Assembly: GCF_035594765.1 (NCBI RefSeq)
Contig: NC_085845.1
Span: forward strand, 167,416,897 to 167,480,896
Reading direction: 5' to 3'
DNA: 64,000 bases
From: Anolis carolinensis
Taxonomy: Eukaryota
Shown here: one piece after another, positions 25,279-38,760 of the stretch
Layout: every line of letters begins with the position of its first letter
Position numbering within the stretch: the first letter of the stretch is position 1
Translations under genes and position numbers: made by a program
Notes under the pieces: model-generated
Told to the model about the DNA's origin: nothing
Database searches by the model: none
What the model saw: the letters and a program-made list of their open reading frames with translations, nothing else

Positions 25279-25368
25279 AGCCTACATCACCCGATTTTTG
25301 TTGACGGTCTCCCATCCAAGTACTAACCCATGCTAACCCTGCTTAACATCCAAGTTCAAAGGGGATCT
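25279..25368 (-). pseudogene. 5S rRNA-derived fragment (pseudogene or 5S-SINE head)
   Basis: GCCTAC..CACCCG...GGTCTCCCATCCAAGTACTAACC...ACCCTGCTTA is the reverse complement of the 3' part of vertebrate 5S rRNA, with many substitutions. Confidence 0.75.
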
Positions 25369-26110
25369 AGTACTGTATCTTTATTTAGAGTTTCCCAGGA
25401 TTTATAGATTTGTAGCCTTATAAACATCTGGGAGCTGCATTCAGAGCGATTTCACTTTCACTTATTTTCCTCCCCGTTTCGAACAATATAGTTGGGTCAG
25501 TTTCGGCCACGCAAATCTCCTTAGAGAACACTCCGTACAGTCCAATCGGAAGGCGCGCACTGGGAGGAGACTTCTGATTGGTGGATTTCAAACGGGAAGA
25601 AAGCCCGCGCTTTTTTGTCTTCTTGGCAGAAGAGACCGCTATTTACCCGGATGAGATGGGAGGAGGAAGCAATATGGAGGCGGAGCTGTTATTCGAGCTA
25701 TTAGCTGGATCGTTTCCCTGAGTGCATCTACACTGTAGAATTAACACAGTTTGACACCACTGTAATTTCCATGGCTCAATGCTAGGCAACCCTGCGATTT
25801 GTAGTTTTACAAGGAGTGAAGAAGGCTCCCAAAACTACAATTTCCAGAGCTCCATAGCTGGAACCGTGGCAGTTCAAGTGGTGTCAAATTGCGTTAACTC
25901 CACAGTGTAGATGCAGCAAAAGAAGTGTAGTTCTGTAAGTCTAACCAACAAAACAAAGGGGGCTGGTGAAAGAATCAGCCATTTTTATATGAACTTTAGA
26001 AAAAATAAGTTTTGAAATGTTTTTGTTTACTTATGTTTTTGTTTACTTTTGTCTACTTTTATTCCAACTTCATGTTAGTATTTAATTTACAAAGTGCTCA
26101 TATTGGCATA

Positions 26111-26430
26111 CAGTAGAGTCTCACTTATCCAAGACTCGCTTATCCAAGGTTCTGGATTATCCAATGCATTTTTGTAGTCAATATTTTCAATATATTGTTA
26201 TATTTTGGTGCTAAATTCGTAAATACAGTAATTACAACATAACATTACTGTGTATTGAACTACTTTTTCTGTCAAATTTGTTGCATAACATGATGTTTTG
26301 GTGCTTAATTTGTAAAATCATAACCTATTTTTATATTTAATAGGCTTTTCCTTAATCCCTCATTATCCAAGATATTCGCTTATCCAAGGTTCTGCCAGCC
26401 TGTTTAGCTTGGATAAGTGAGACTCTACTG
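26111..26430. mobile_element. Tc1/mariner MITE
   Basis: TA TSD and CAGTAGAGTCTCACTTATCCAAG TIRs. Confidence 0.9.
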
Positions 26431-27846
26431 TATCTATTTCCATAACTGAAACCCCCCTTACATTGCCATATAATGCAGTTTCAGATTGCAGTTGGAACTG
26501 CATAATGTGGCACTGTAGACTAATATAATCTTGTTCAATGTTATTAAAATTGCTTTGTGAAACTGCATTGTTATATGCCAGTGTAGATGTGGCCTGAGAT
26601 ATATGAAAAAAGAGATTTGACTATACCTATTTTGATGTATTTTGGCACTTTTTACACAGCATAGCTTTTCTTTGCAGATTATCTTATTAACAACTGCATC
26701 CTGACTCCTTGGTCTCGCAAGTCCAGAAATGTTTGGCTGGCTTCACATCACTGGTCATAATAATAATAATAATAATAATAACAATACTAAATCTATTTGA
26801 ACCCCACCACCATCTTCCCGAGGGGACTCAGTGCAGCTCACAGAAGCACTAGTGTCACATATAGACCACTACACCGTATAAAATATATGACATAAATATA
26901 AAAACAACAATACATGTAAAATCCCAGTAAAAATTGTAAAAAATATTTTAAAAATCTTAAAATGCAGTAGAACATGCGAATAAGCTGGCTATCTGCAATA
27001 ACTAAGTGCGGAGTGTCACAATCGGTGGCTCATTGGGCTGGACAGAATGACACAGGCTCAAAGGCCTGTCTGAAGAGTCATGTTTTTAAACTCACCCAAA
27101 AGTCTTGAAGGGTGGGGGCAAGTTTAATTTCTTTAGGGAGGGTATTCCAGAGCCGGGGAACCACTACTGAGACGACCCTGTCTCTCGTCCCCATGAACTG
27201 TATTTGAGACGGTGGTTGGACCAAGAGAAGGGCCTCTCCGTCAGATACCAATGCCCGCACTGCTTCATAGAAGGAAATGTAGTCTCAAAGACAGGTTGTA
27301 ACTGAATCATGTAAGAGGTCTTCTCCTGTCACTTTAACCCTGCAAGCAACCAAGCTTCGCTTTAAACCAGGGTCTTTAGGAAGCTGCAACCTGCCACCAG
27401 CTGCTCGTGTGGCGAGACCGATATGAGTATCTGTTCCGATGTGTTCCTGTGATAAGGACCAAGCCAGGTGCCTCCTTGGTGAGCTGCCAGGGCTTTGGTG
27501 CCCAGACAAAGGCTGACCCTGTAGCTGGGTCTGCAAACCACCCACTCTTTCCATTCTCCATAATAGTGGAAAATCATTGTGGGGGAAATAAACAAGGTGG
27601 CACCTGTAGAGGCTGCTGCCAAATGCTTCCTGGGGGCATAGGAACCTTTAGTAAGTGTTGCACTCCACCAGGCATGGGCAAACTTTGGCCCTCCACGTGT
27701 TTTGGACTTTAACTCCCACAATTTCTAACAGCTGGCATCTCAAACCTTATAAAGAATGTATTGTGTGTATGGAAAATAGATTTCAGGGGAAGTATGGTAC
27801 CGCTCCAAAAATCTTCTGGCCAACATGTCACACTGTCTGGGGATAG

Positions 27847-28110
27847 AGTAAAGGTTTCCCCCTGACATTAAGTCTAGTCATGTCCGACTCTGGGGTTTAT
27901 TGCTCATCTCCATTTCTAAGCCAAAGAGCCAGCTTTGTCCGTAGACACCTCCAAGGTCATGTGGCCAGCATGACTGCATGGAACGTCGTTACCTTCCTGC
28001 TGGAGCAGTGCCTATTGATCTACTCACATTTGCATGTTTTCAAATTGCTAGGTTGGCAGAAGCTGGGGCTAACAGCTGGAGCTCACCCTGCTCACTAGTT
28101 TTGAACCGCA
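27847..28110 (-). mobile_element. Sauria-type SINE
   Basis: GTAAAGGTTTCCCCTGACATTAAGTCTAGTC... family sequence. Confidence 0.8.
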
Positions 28111-28492
28111 TATGTTTCCATATAATCATAGAATTATAGAGTTGGAAAAGACCAGAAGGGCCATCCAATCCAAATCCTTCTGTTTAGAAACACAATCAAA
28201 GCACCCCTGACATTTTGCCATCCAGCCTCTGTTTAAAAACTGGCTGCTAGGAATTGTGGGAGTTGAAGTCCAAAACACCTGGCCGCATAGATATATATTT
28301 CCAAGAGGGAAATCTCTTGATTTAGTTCCCAATTTTATCATTGTGAATGGTAAATCTAGATACTTGTCATTGTTAATGGACGTCAAGTTGACTTTGACTT
28401 TTGGTGACCCTATGAACAAAAGGCCCATGAACGAGAGATCACCAAGCTATAAATCCTTGGATGCCAACAAATGGAATATTGTCTGTTAGACT

Positions 28493-28792
28493 GGTAGGTA
28501 AAGGTTTTCCTTTGACATTAAGTCTAATTGTATCTGACTCTGGGGCTTGGTGCTCATCTCCATTTCTAAACTGAAGAGCAAGCATTGTCCGTAGACACCT
28601 CCAAGGTCATGTGGCCAGCATGACTGCATGGAGCACTGTTACCTATTGATCTACTCACATTTGCATGTTTTCGAATTGCTACAGAGGCTGGGGCTAACAG
28701 CAGGAGCTCACCCTGTTCTCCAAATTTGAACTGCTGACCTTTTGGTCAGCATGTTCAGCAGTTCAGCAGTTTAACCCGTTGCGCCACCGGGG
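28493..28792 (-). mobile_element. Sauria-type SINE
   Basis: same family; full head GGTGGCGCAACGGGTTAAAC on the minus strand. Confidence 0.8.
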
Positions 28793-29721
28793 TGGTATCA
28801 AGATATAAATGTATCCCTAAGTACTCCACCTTTGCTCATAGCCTGAAAATGGTACTTTTGACCACAGCTTCCAAGATCCTCTGGTCCGCCTGTCCTGCAG
28901 AGTGATTCTGGAAGTTGTAACTGAAAAAAGGAAATTTCCTGAGCTCAGGGTTTGCTGCTAGGCATAGGTTTACAAAGCAAATTGATGGACAAAATGCTGT
29001 TGTGACATGTAGTGCCATCTCTGTATTTATGTTTGTTTTATTCAGTACTTACAATATTTCTGCCCCAACTTTTTTTCGCCCGCTGAACATAATGGATCTT
29101 ATGCATTTCCCACTAAAAATGACTGTGAGAGAAACTTAAGACTGACAGCATGCCACATTGACTCAGGTGAGTTTGATGGAAAAATTGAGATCTGAATCTG
29201 GACTTGTTCTCCACAGATGTTACATTTCATTCAGGACACCCACAGGTGGCACCTGCCTCGCTGGGGAATTATGGAAAAGCTGAGACTTTATGCTATAGGG
29301 CCATTGCCTGGAGTCATCTGGGAATAAAAATGGAAGGAATGGTACCGGAAACTGTCACCTCTTGCTGTGAGGAAATTTGATTCAGGCTCTCCCCGGCACT
29401 TAACCTTTCTTAATGAACCATAAAAATAAATGGCTTGTGACTAACATCAAGTGCTCATATGAGACAATTCTCCTTAAACAGTTAGTACCCAATACATTAC
29501 ATAAATGTGGTGCTGCTTCTTTTGATCACAGAGCAAAGAGAACATCTGAGCTGCATATCTGGACTCCAGAATGCAACCTGGCACCAAGGTATAAGCAAGA
29601 CTCTTACCCAGAGTAATGCATGTGAATGCTTGAAGACCAGCAGGATTGAAAGAGGCCATCTGCCTGTCCACTTATCATGCCACTTTTTTCAGCCTCTCCC
29701 ATAGTGCCAGAATGGCTCCTA

Positions 29722-30147
29722 CCCTGTTTCCCCGAAAATAAGACATCCCCAAAAAATAAGACCTAGCAGAGGTTTTGCTGAATTGCTAAATATAAGGCCT
29801 CCCCTGAAAGTAAGACCTAGCAAAGTTTTTGTTTGGAAGCATGCCCAGCGCTCGCCAAACAAAACACCAGAGCATGCAGGATCAGTAAATGTACATACCA
29901 GTTGTACATGGAAATAATGGTAGTAACAAGAAATTCTTGACAGGAGTCACAGTTTGTCTGGTTTGGTTATGTTGGTTTATGATGACAACTACTGTACAGT
30001 ATATAATAAATGTTCAATTTTTTTGTTCAACAATAAATGTGAATTCTTCTTAATGGAAAAATAAGACACCCCCTGAAAATAAAACCTAGCACATCTTTGG
30101 GAGCAAAAAATAATATAAGACACTGTCTTATTTTCGGGGAAACACGG
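29722..30147. mobile_element. mariner-type MITE (second family)
   Basis: TA TSD; TIR CC(C/G)TGTTTCCCCGAAAATAAGAC. Confidence 0.85.
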
Positions 30148-30822
30148 TAATCCTGAGCATCATATGCTATACACAGGCAGCAGGAATAACCAAGGTGTCT
30201 GGATACAAAAGATGCCTGGTTCAACTGCAAGGGATGGTGGAAATATGTTACTCTGAAGAAAGAAAGAGGAGAAAGGGGAAGAGGAGAATTAAAGGGTTGT
30301 CATTTGTGTGACAGAGTGAGGAATTACTTTTTCTCCACTTTTTACTGGAGGGTCTAGAAGGAGAAGTTGATCCTGCCATAAAAAGGGAGATTTTCTCACT
30401 CCCATAAAACTCTTGTAAAGGCATATGACCCTTTTTTGTGTTGCTTGCAAGTTTGAATTAAGTTTTTTTCTTGGCTGTTACACAAAACCTACCATAGAAA
30501 TCTAAGAAGAAATTATTTATTGCATCCCCTTCCAATATAGCTTATGACACCCATTCACCATGGTTTGGATAGATAGTGGAATTCTGTTGTCATTTGCCAT
30601 CAGATCAGCTTTGACTTGCCGGTCTTACAGACTGAAGGCCATGACTTCTTTTATGGAACCAATCCATCTCTAATGTGGTCTTCCTCTTTTGCTACTTTTC
30701 CTAGACACAGGGCATTCTGCCACAAACTGAGAATGTGCCTGAGAATCTCGCCAAGGATTCCCTCTGAAATTTTACCAAGGACCCTTTGGTGCACTCAGTT
30801 TGTACAAAAAGAGATAGTATAA

Positions 30823-31125
30823 TAAAGGTAAAGGTAAAGGTTTTCCCCTGACATTAAGTCTAGTCGTGTCTGACCCTGGAAGGTGGTGCTCATCTCCATT
30901 TCTAAACCAAAGAGTCGACGTCCGTAGACACCTCCAAGGTCATGTGGCTGGCATGACTGTATGGAGGGTCATTACCTTCCCGCTGGAGCAGTACCCATTG
31001 ATCTACTCACATTTGCATGTTTTCGAATTGCTAGATTGGCAGAAGCTAGGGCTAATAGTGGGAACTCACCCCGCTCAGGTCAGCAAACTCAGCATCTCAG
31101 CGATTTAACCCGCTGCACCACTGGA
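30823..31125 (-). mobile_element. Sauria-type SINE
   Basis: (AAAGGT)n tail and family body. Confidence 0.8.
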
Positions 31126-32756
31126 GGATCTTGATAGTATAATAGTATACAGACCTATGAAATGGTGCTGCCCTGGACAATTGTATAGTCTGGCTGATAA
31201 ATCTGTCCTGGCTGTACTGTTTCAGGTTCATGTGAACCAAGAAAACAAAGTTTTACACATCCCAAGAAACCCTTTAATGATTTCTGAATAGATGTAAAAT
31301 GAAAAGTATTCAGAGATCTACAGGGACAAACAATGCAATTGAAAAGTAAACAATGCCCATTTTCTTGTTTTGTCTTTCTTGATAGAAATGAGCTGTATCA
31401 TAATATTGCACAGCAGGAATAGGCAGAAGATAGATTTGGATGTATTGGTAGACCTCATAATGATCCGGAGTAAATTGGCAAGGATTTCAGTCTTCCAACT
31501 GTTTAAGAAAAGCAGCAGTAACAAAAAACACATCACCTCCATCTGCCAAGTGAGTTGTTAAACTAAATGGTGAAAAATAGAGCCAGATAATCAGTGCTAT
31601 TTTCAAGCAATTTTCAAGGCTTAGCACTGGCTAGGATGCTTAGTACCAAAAGAAAAAATTACTTTGCTTCCTCTTCTCCAGTCATTTTTGAACCTCCCAA
31701 GGGTTTCTGTAATCATAATTTTGTATATTGCTTATGTACAGATGAACCTGGGTGCAGAGCATTAGTCACACTGAAGTTGCAAGATGGAAAATGGGTTTGC
31801 ACATAATTAAAAAAAAATCTCTCTTGCACCAGAGCTCCTAGAATAACTAATATAAATGCACAATAGGGTCCTTGTCCTGAAGATAAGGGCAAGAAGTACA
31901 GGCAGTCCCCAAGTTCTGAACAAGAGTTTGCATTCAAGCCCATTGTCCTGTCAAATCCTGGCTTGGAAGTATAGAATAGTACCTATCATAGTTTAAATGA
32001 TGATGAATGTTTTCTCTTTATTGCTCCTTTCTGGCCGATCTCGCTAAAGGCAATTACACCGTGAACCCATTATATCTTTATCTTGCCAGATTAGATGCAG
32101 GGATCAAGACCTGCCCCGCTGCACAGAGCTTTTCCAGCTATAAGACAGCAGGGTTTGGCTGGGTTTCTTGGCTCTCAAAGATCTGAGAACAGCTTGAGTG
32201 CAAGCAGCCAGAGGGTTCTTGGAAACCGATGGACAAATCGATGGAGGGAAAGATCTCCTAGGTGCTGCAGCAAAGATGCTGAATAGTCTGTAGAGCATCT
32301 CAAAGGGCGAATAAAATAACAGCCATGCCATGCAAAACAGTACTTCTGATTATTGCCACTCTGCATTGGCTCATGACATATAAATGTAAGTAGTATACTG
32401 TAATTTTAATTAACAACAATGTAGCAATACAAATTAAACTGTACAGATTTGTACAGAATGTGTTTATTGTGGCCGCATTTACATTGTAGTTTGAAACTGC
32501 ATTATATGGCCAGCGTAGACTCATATAATGCAGTTTAACTGCATTGAATTGCATAGGTTGGGGCCACAATTAAATACATTTTGTAAAAATCTATTTATCA
32601 TAAAAGCTTTGCAAATATGGCAGTGTAGTTGGAGCCTAGGTTGAACACATTCAGCTAACAATGCACCTGCAATTTCAATGTTTTCCTGCCATTTCTTTCT
32701 ACCAGTTTGGGCTTGTGGCTTCCTGTGTGAGTAGTAATTGCTGTTCTCTTCTCCAG

Positions 32757-32807
32757 GCGGTGGTGGCAATGTTGCCTTTGCAGACGCTTCAATCATCCCA
32801 GTGGGAG
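32757..32807 (+). CDS. candidate small upstream exon of the FTP-pentraxin gene
   Basis: ttctcttctccag|GCGGT...GGGAG|gtaaat; 51 nt, phase 1-1, GGGNVAFADASIIPVG; signal-peptide exon not identified. Confidence 0.45.
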
Positions 32808-33334
32808 GTAAATGCTGAGTCTTGAGTGTTTGATCTGTTTCTACGAAAACCTCTCCTTCTTCCATTTGGCCTTGATGACAATAATAATATTAATATAGAA
32901 TACAATATAAATGTAATAAGCTTTAAATTATGTTTACTTATGTAGTTTAATTCCATTTTAAATTTCTATATTTTGATGCACATGCATGGAAAAACACTTA
33001 GGGTGCATTTACATTGTAGAAATAATGCAGTTTGACACCACCTTAATTGCCATGGATCAGTGCTATGGAATCATGGAAGCTATAGTTTTATGAAGACTTT
33101 AGCCACCTCTGCCAAAGAGTTCTGGTGCCTTATCAAACTACAACACCCAGAATTCCATGAAGTGTTTTTTAAAAGTTCTTCCATTTTTACAGTGGTCCTG
33201 TGCCCCTAACTCCAGTGGATGTGGAATAGTGACTGTATAGTGCTCCACTTGCTTGGCATGGCAACCTCATATGGGATCTTGGAATTTGCAGTTTAGGGAA
33301 TCTATTTAGAATTTTCAACTTGAGCGCTCTAAGG

Positions 33335-33469
33335 CAGTGGTTCTCAGCCTGTGGGTCCCCAGATGTTTTGGCCTTCAACACCCAGAAATCATAGCAGCTG
33401 GTAAACTGGTTGCAATTTCTGGGAGTTGTGGGCCAAAACACCTGGGGACCCACAGGTTGAGAACTACTG
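33335..33469. mobile_element. hAT MITE with 8-bp TSD
   Basis: CAGTGGTTCTCA TIRs; TSD CTCTAAGG at 33327-33334 and 33470-33477; sister copy ~18091-18225. Confidence 0.85.
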
Positions 33470-33678
33470 CTCTAAGGCTTTAGCAAACTACAAACCCCAG
33501 TATGTCACAGGAAGTTGCTATAGCAGTTTATGTGGAATTATAATTGTGACTGCGAAGTGTGAAAGGGCCTCCAACTAGGAAGGCAAATGGTTTGTTAATC
33601 CCACGTATCAGTTCTTGTGCTATGTGTGTTCTCCATTTTGTTTTCTCACTAAATCAATGTGGTCCCCCCTCCCTGTAG

Positions 33679-33964
33679 ATCCCAATATAGCAGTGGGAAA
33701 AATATCATCCCAATCCAGCACATTTGAAGAAAAGGGGATATCCAGGAAGGCCATAGATGGGTCACTGGCAAACAGCTATGTTAATGGAGACTGCACTCTG
33801 ACGAATCAAGACTTTGAGCCCTGGTGGATGGTAGATTTGATTTCAGCATTTCAAGTATCTGCGGTGGTGATCACCAACCGAGGAGACTGTTGTGAGTCAA
33901 GGATAAAAGGAGCTGAGATCCTGATTGGAGATTTGCCACAGAACGGAGGCACAATGAATCCCAG
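33679..33964 (+). CDS. FTP-pentraxin fusion gene: F-type lectin domain exon A
   Basis: tag|ATCCCAAT...AATCCCAG|gt, 286 nt; NIAVGK.SSQSS..AIDG..PWWMVDL..ITNRGDCCESRI. Confidence 0.9.
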
Positions 33965-34653
33965 GTATTTGCTCTGCTGTCTCTGACGCTTAATATAGAC
34001 ATGGTAAGCAGAGCTTGAAATCATAACTTTTTGGACAAGCTGTTACAGAGTCCATGCCCAATACAGATGGAGCATTCTGGGAGGCATCGTCTAGAGGTGA
34101 CATTTCTAAGTTCTGAGTGTAAAGAAAAGGAATTCATGGTAACATTTTGTATGATCAAATGAGCTTCATTTAAAATACTAAGAAGTTAAAAGCACAGAGG
34201 ACAGGTGGGTTGTACTTGTCCATCCTGGATGCCTCTCTGCCAGCCTTCATGTGTTGATGGGAAAGGTTAAGGCTGAAAGGTAACTGCATAAATGTAAATA
34301 AAGCTAAGTTTGGAAGAGTGAATTTTTGAGGACTACAACTCCCAGCTTCTGAGAACTGTTGTCCAAATTGTCACTTTTTAAAGCTGTGACTTGAGGTCTC
34401 CCCTTCTTGTAAAAGTCAGTAGTCAGTAGTCAGCTCAGTATGATTATAGTTCCTATTCAGACCTTCTCTTTCAATCAGGAATGCCATACATGGCAGAAAC
34501 ATTTTGGTTTCACTGGACTTTTGGTGCAATTTAATTTTGGATAGGCCTTTTTAAGACTCAAAGCCTCAGGTCACTTAATATGGTAAGATGAATTCTTCAA
34601 GAAGTTCCTTATTTCTATGGGTTTGGCAGAACTCTGTAAATTGGATGGAGCTA

Positions 34654-34976
34654 CAGTAGAGTCTCACTTATCCAAGCCTCGCTTATCCAAGGTTCTGGAT
34701 TATCCAAGCCATTTTTGTAGTCAATGTTTTCAATATATCGTGATATTTTGGTGTTAAATTCGTAAATACAGTAACTACAACATAACATTACTGCGTATTG
34801 AACTACCTTTTCCGTCAAATTTGTTGTATAACATGATGTTTTGGTGCTTAATTTGTAAAATCCTAACCTAATTTGTTGTTTAATAGGCTTTTCCTTAATC
34901 TCTCCTTATTATCCAAGATATTCGCTTATCCAAGCTTCTGCCGGCCCGTTTAGCTTGGATAAGTGAGACTCTACTG
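34654..34976. mobile_element. Tc1/mariner MITE
   Basis: TA TSD and perfect TIRs. Confidence 0.9.
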
Positions 34977-35106
34977 TATTTTGTTATTTCTCGTTTTGGG
35001 TAAACTCAGCCTATCAGTTAGTTTTAGGATCTTTATAAACAGAATGTGATCCACTGAATTGGAATCCTCAAAGAGATGAGATTATATTCCAAATGGAAGC
35101 AGCAGC

Positions 35107-35159
<53 letters not shown>

Positions 35160-35803
35160 TTATTTTTATACTCCGCCAACCATCTCCCTGAAGGGACTCT
35201 GGGTGGCTTACAAGCGGGACTAGGCCTGGGACATACAACAAAATTCACCAGCTAAAAACACAGATCAAAACATAATGACATATAATAGTCCACTTAAAAC
35301 ACAAATAAAAAACAACGAAGTATAAAAGCTATATCAAACCAAACTCAACAAACATTGACACATGAAGTGATCCTATTCAGCAATCCAGCTGGCCATGCTT
35401 TTCCACAGAACCCCATTCTATACCTAATGCCCTTCTTTTCATTCCTACCCCAAAAGTCAATTCGATTTCTATCCCCACGGAACATACTCTGTGGTACAGG
35501 TTGGTCATTTTGGCTGCATAAGGAACCACAGGCAGAAGATGAGATCCCAGTTAGCAGAGACAGGGAATGTATAATTTGGTTTAACTGCATCTCTTATCAA
35601 ACGTAGCCACTATAGCTAATGAGGAACGCTGGAAGGTAATGTTACTTACCCTATACTGTTATTGTATAAGATGCTCCAGAATAATGGATATTGGGCTGAG
35701 ATGTCATCACACATGAATCATTGGTTTGTTTTAGCACTAATGTTGGTGGACTTTATATGTATCTTCTGGTCTGCATTCATGTAACGGCTGTTTTCCCTGG
35801 CAG

Positions 35804-35958
35804 GTGTGCTACCATCACTAGCATGGGGAGTGGGGAGACAATGTCCTTCAACTGTGCAGGGATGCAAGGACAGTATGTGACCATTACAATCCCTGGGAGA
35901 AATGAGTTCCTTTCCCTCTGTGAAGTTCAAGTGCTTGCACACCCATGGCTTCACATTG
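35804..35958 (+). CDS. FTP-pentraxin fusion gene: F-type lectin domain exon B
   Basis: cag|GTGTGCT...CACATTG|gtgagt; CATITSMGSGETMSFNCAGMQGQYVTITIPGRNEFLSLCEVQV. Confidence 0.9.
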
Positions 35959-37759
35959 GTGAGTAATAGATCTGCATCCGAAATCATTGGATTTTTTTTA
36001 TGTACAGCAGGACAAAATAGTTTTCATGCTATGTGGATGAGCCAAAACAGCAAATGTGACGGGTAGCTCCCCTATTATCTCTCCCCTATTATCTCTATGA
36101 CCCAAGATCAACAAAGGTTATCCTAAAGCTTAGAGATATCTGGCCCTCCAAATATTGCTGGAATGTATCTTTCATTATTCTTGGCCAGCACAGTCAATGG
36201 GTTCTGCTGTCTGACAACATCTAGGACTATCTATGTTGCCTCTCACTGAACTACCTTGTATTTTTTCCAGAACTTTCAAATCACTATAGAAATCATGTGT
36301 TGTGTACACAACAGCAACATCAATGTTGGAAGATGCTTGTTTTATGCTCCTGTTGAAAATGATATTTTGTCTAATATTATAAAAGTGTGACTTGCTGGCA
36401 CTACCATTAGAGATATGTGAAGTATAGTCTCTTGATTATGCCCAGGATTCTTGATCTTGCTCTATGACAAATGCACAGCCCTTTAGATGTTCTAAAATTA
36501 GTATCTTGATTTTTCTTTGAAAGTCTAAATAAGGAAAGGTAAGCATGTGCCATTAGGTTATCATATCTTAAGGGTATTACAGCTGAAATTATTTAAAAAC
36601 AAAGCCTTGAATTTTTCCCAGTATAAGAGTTAAGCCACACTGAATGTGTATTATTGTGTATTATTGAGTCATCTGCCTCCCTTTAAAAAAATGTTTCCTT
36701 TCAGCTGTTTCATTATTAGGATTTTTAATATCAACAGCATGTTTTGAAAGGATATGTCAATGGAATACTGAATCTACTTAGAGGAATTGCCCAAGGTGCT
36801 GAATCTATTGGGACTAGTACAGTCAGTACTCCGTATCTGCAGGATTAACATACAATATTTAGATTTGATTATTTGAGGATTTGATTAATGTGGTCTCTCT
36901 AGGAATCTCTAGGTGCCCCAGTACAACCTTATGCTAAAGTTTCACTGACTCTGTACTATTCACCACTGCCTGGTGTACTTCAGCATTAGAGAAGGAAGAA
37001 TACAGGATGTTTCTAAATTTCTGGCTAGAGATCTCTAGAGAGGCGCAATCTCAGGTTTAAAAAATACTGGGTTTTTTATTCGTGGTTTCCCCACTTTTCT
37101 AGAGGTTCTGTGAATGAGGGGTGCTGACTATGTTTACTGTTTTGGAAAGATTTCCTTTAAACTTCAGACTATAATCTTGAACAAGTGACATGGTTACTCT
37201 CGCAAAACAGACCTGTTAAATTAGATCATAACTGATTCAATACAGTGGATGTTTGCCTGAAAACTAGCCAATTCATGTTTTCTGGAATGCTTACAGCATT
37301 GACCAATGTGATCTCATTGCAACAAGCTCTGGATGCACTGAAATAGCTGACCCTGCACTCTTGACCATTGCCAAGCATACTTTGACATTAGACAATGAAG
37401 AGTGCAGGGTGCTTCTGAACATTTACTCAGACTGCATGCCACAAAAGCAGGTTAGGACAAAGTAGCTAGTCCTCCGGAGGTTTTTTCTTCCTAAATGAGG
37501 TTGGGATAATGGTGTGAAGGCTGGTTTGTAACCAGCCTTGCAATTCAAGTGCGGTTAATCATTAGTCCTCAGGGGAACCTTCCAGGGTAAAAGAAAGCTT
37601 CCCTTGTCTCCATTTCCAGGTTCGCCTATGAACTTCCCCCTTCATTCTCGGGGCAACAAGACTGCTGCTCCAGCCCTGAATGACATAGTTTTTATGTACA
37701 GTATATGAATCTTTCATCAAGAAGTGTTAGAATTTCAGACATTCTGTTTTGTTTTGCAG

Positions 37760-37807
37760 TTCACGATGGAGGACGGAGTCCCGTCAGAGACAGTGAAACA
37801 GATTTGG
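37760..37807 (+). CDS. candidate linker exon of the FTP-pentraxin gene
   Basis: gttttgcag|TTCAC...GATTTGG|gtacat; 48 nt, phase 1-1, VHDGGRSPVRDSETDL. Confidence 0.55.
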
Positions 37808-38760
37808 GTACATGCTTTTAAAATTACGCTTTCTATTGGTTTATGTGTCTTTTCAATCTCTACAAAGGTGACTTCCTCCTAGCTGTCAATCTTCCACAAC
37901 ATAACTACCAAAAACCTTCTGGCAGCTTGTAAACACTTGTGGTTTGGCTGCCTGCTTGTTTGTTTTTGTTGTTGTTGTTGGCATCCTCCTGATGAATTTG
38001 AGAGATGGTTGCATTTTCTTCCTCTCCCATAGTACTATAATCTGAAATGAAGTGAAGTAGTAGAAACGTCAAGTCAAAAGGAAATATGCTTATGGACTGT
38101 GCAGATAATCTGTGGATTTTGCTATGCATGATTGTGTGATGGCTGCCAAAGGGTATGGCTTGGATGTTATAATCATCATGCTGGCTGTGGGATTCCAGGA
38201 GGTTTAGTTTTAGAAAAGCTTAGATGCAGATTGATAATAGTGGATTAGGGTGGGAAAAGTAGCATTTGGGCTACATATGGATTTCAGTGCTGTTTTGGCA
38301 ATGCTTGCTTATATTAATGTGGCTCATAGGCCAAATACAGCCCTTTGGCATTTTGTGTCCACAAATACTTCAATTCTCCATTTAAAAATGGCATTGTTCT
38401 GGGAAAGTTTTGCCCTTCCAATGACTCAGAAATTCTCAAGAACGTATGAGGGCACACCAAAATCCTCCCAGTCCTACCAGGAAACTGAGTTCAAAGCCCA
38501 AAAGTAGTTTTCACTCAGTTAACTCAGCAGTAGGAGATGGGAAGTCTTGCTTTTCCTAATAGCTTCAGATGAAAACAAACTGCTGCAGCTTCTTCTTGTT
38601 TGTTTGTCCTTCCTCATTTATAATGTTTGCCATCTTGACCTTACTGATATTGCTTGGCCACATGTGGGAAATGTTGGAGGATATAGTATGGCTTTTAATT
38701 AACAAATGGGCTAGATGTTAATTTGTTTGGTGAAGCATCTGACAATATTCTCTCTTCCAG

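Noticed and set aside
31990-32050. possible signal-peptide exon for the FTP-pentraxin gene (MMMNVFSLLLLSG)
   Set aside because: In-frame TAA before any usable donor, so the first exon is left unassigned.
37812-37867. possible signal-peptide exon (MLLKLRFLLVYVSFQSLQ) making the pentraxin a stand-alone gene
   Set aside because: Its donor would be phase 2, while the pentraxin exon needs phase 1. The 48-nt phase 1-1 linker exon just upstream fits better.
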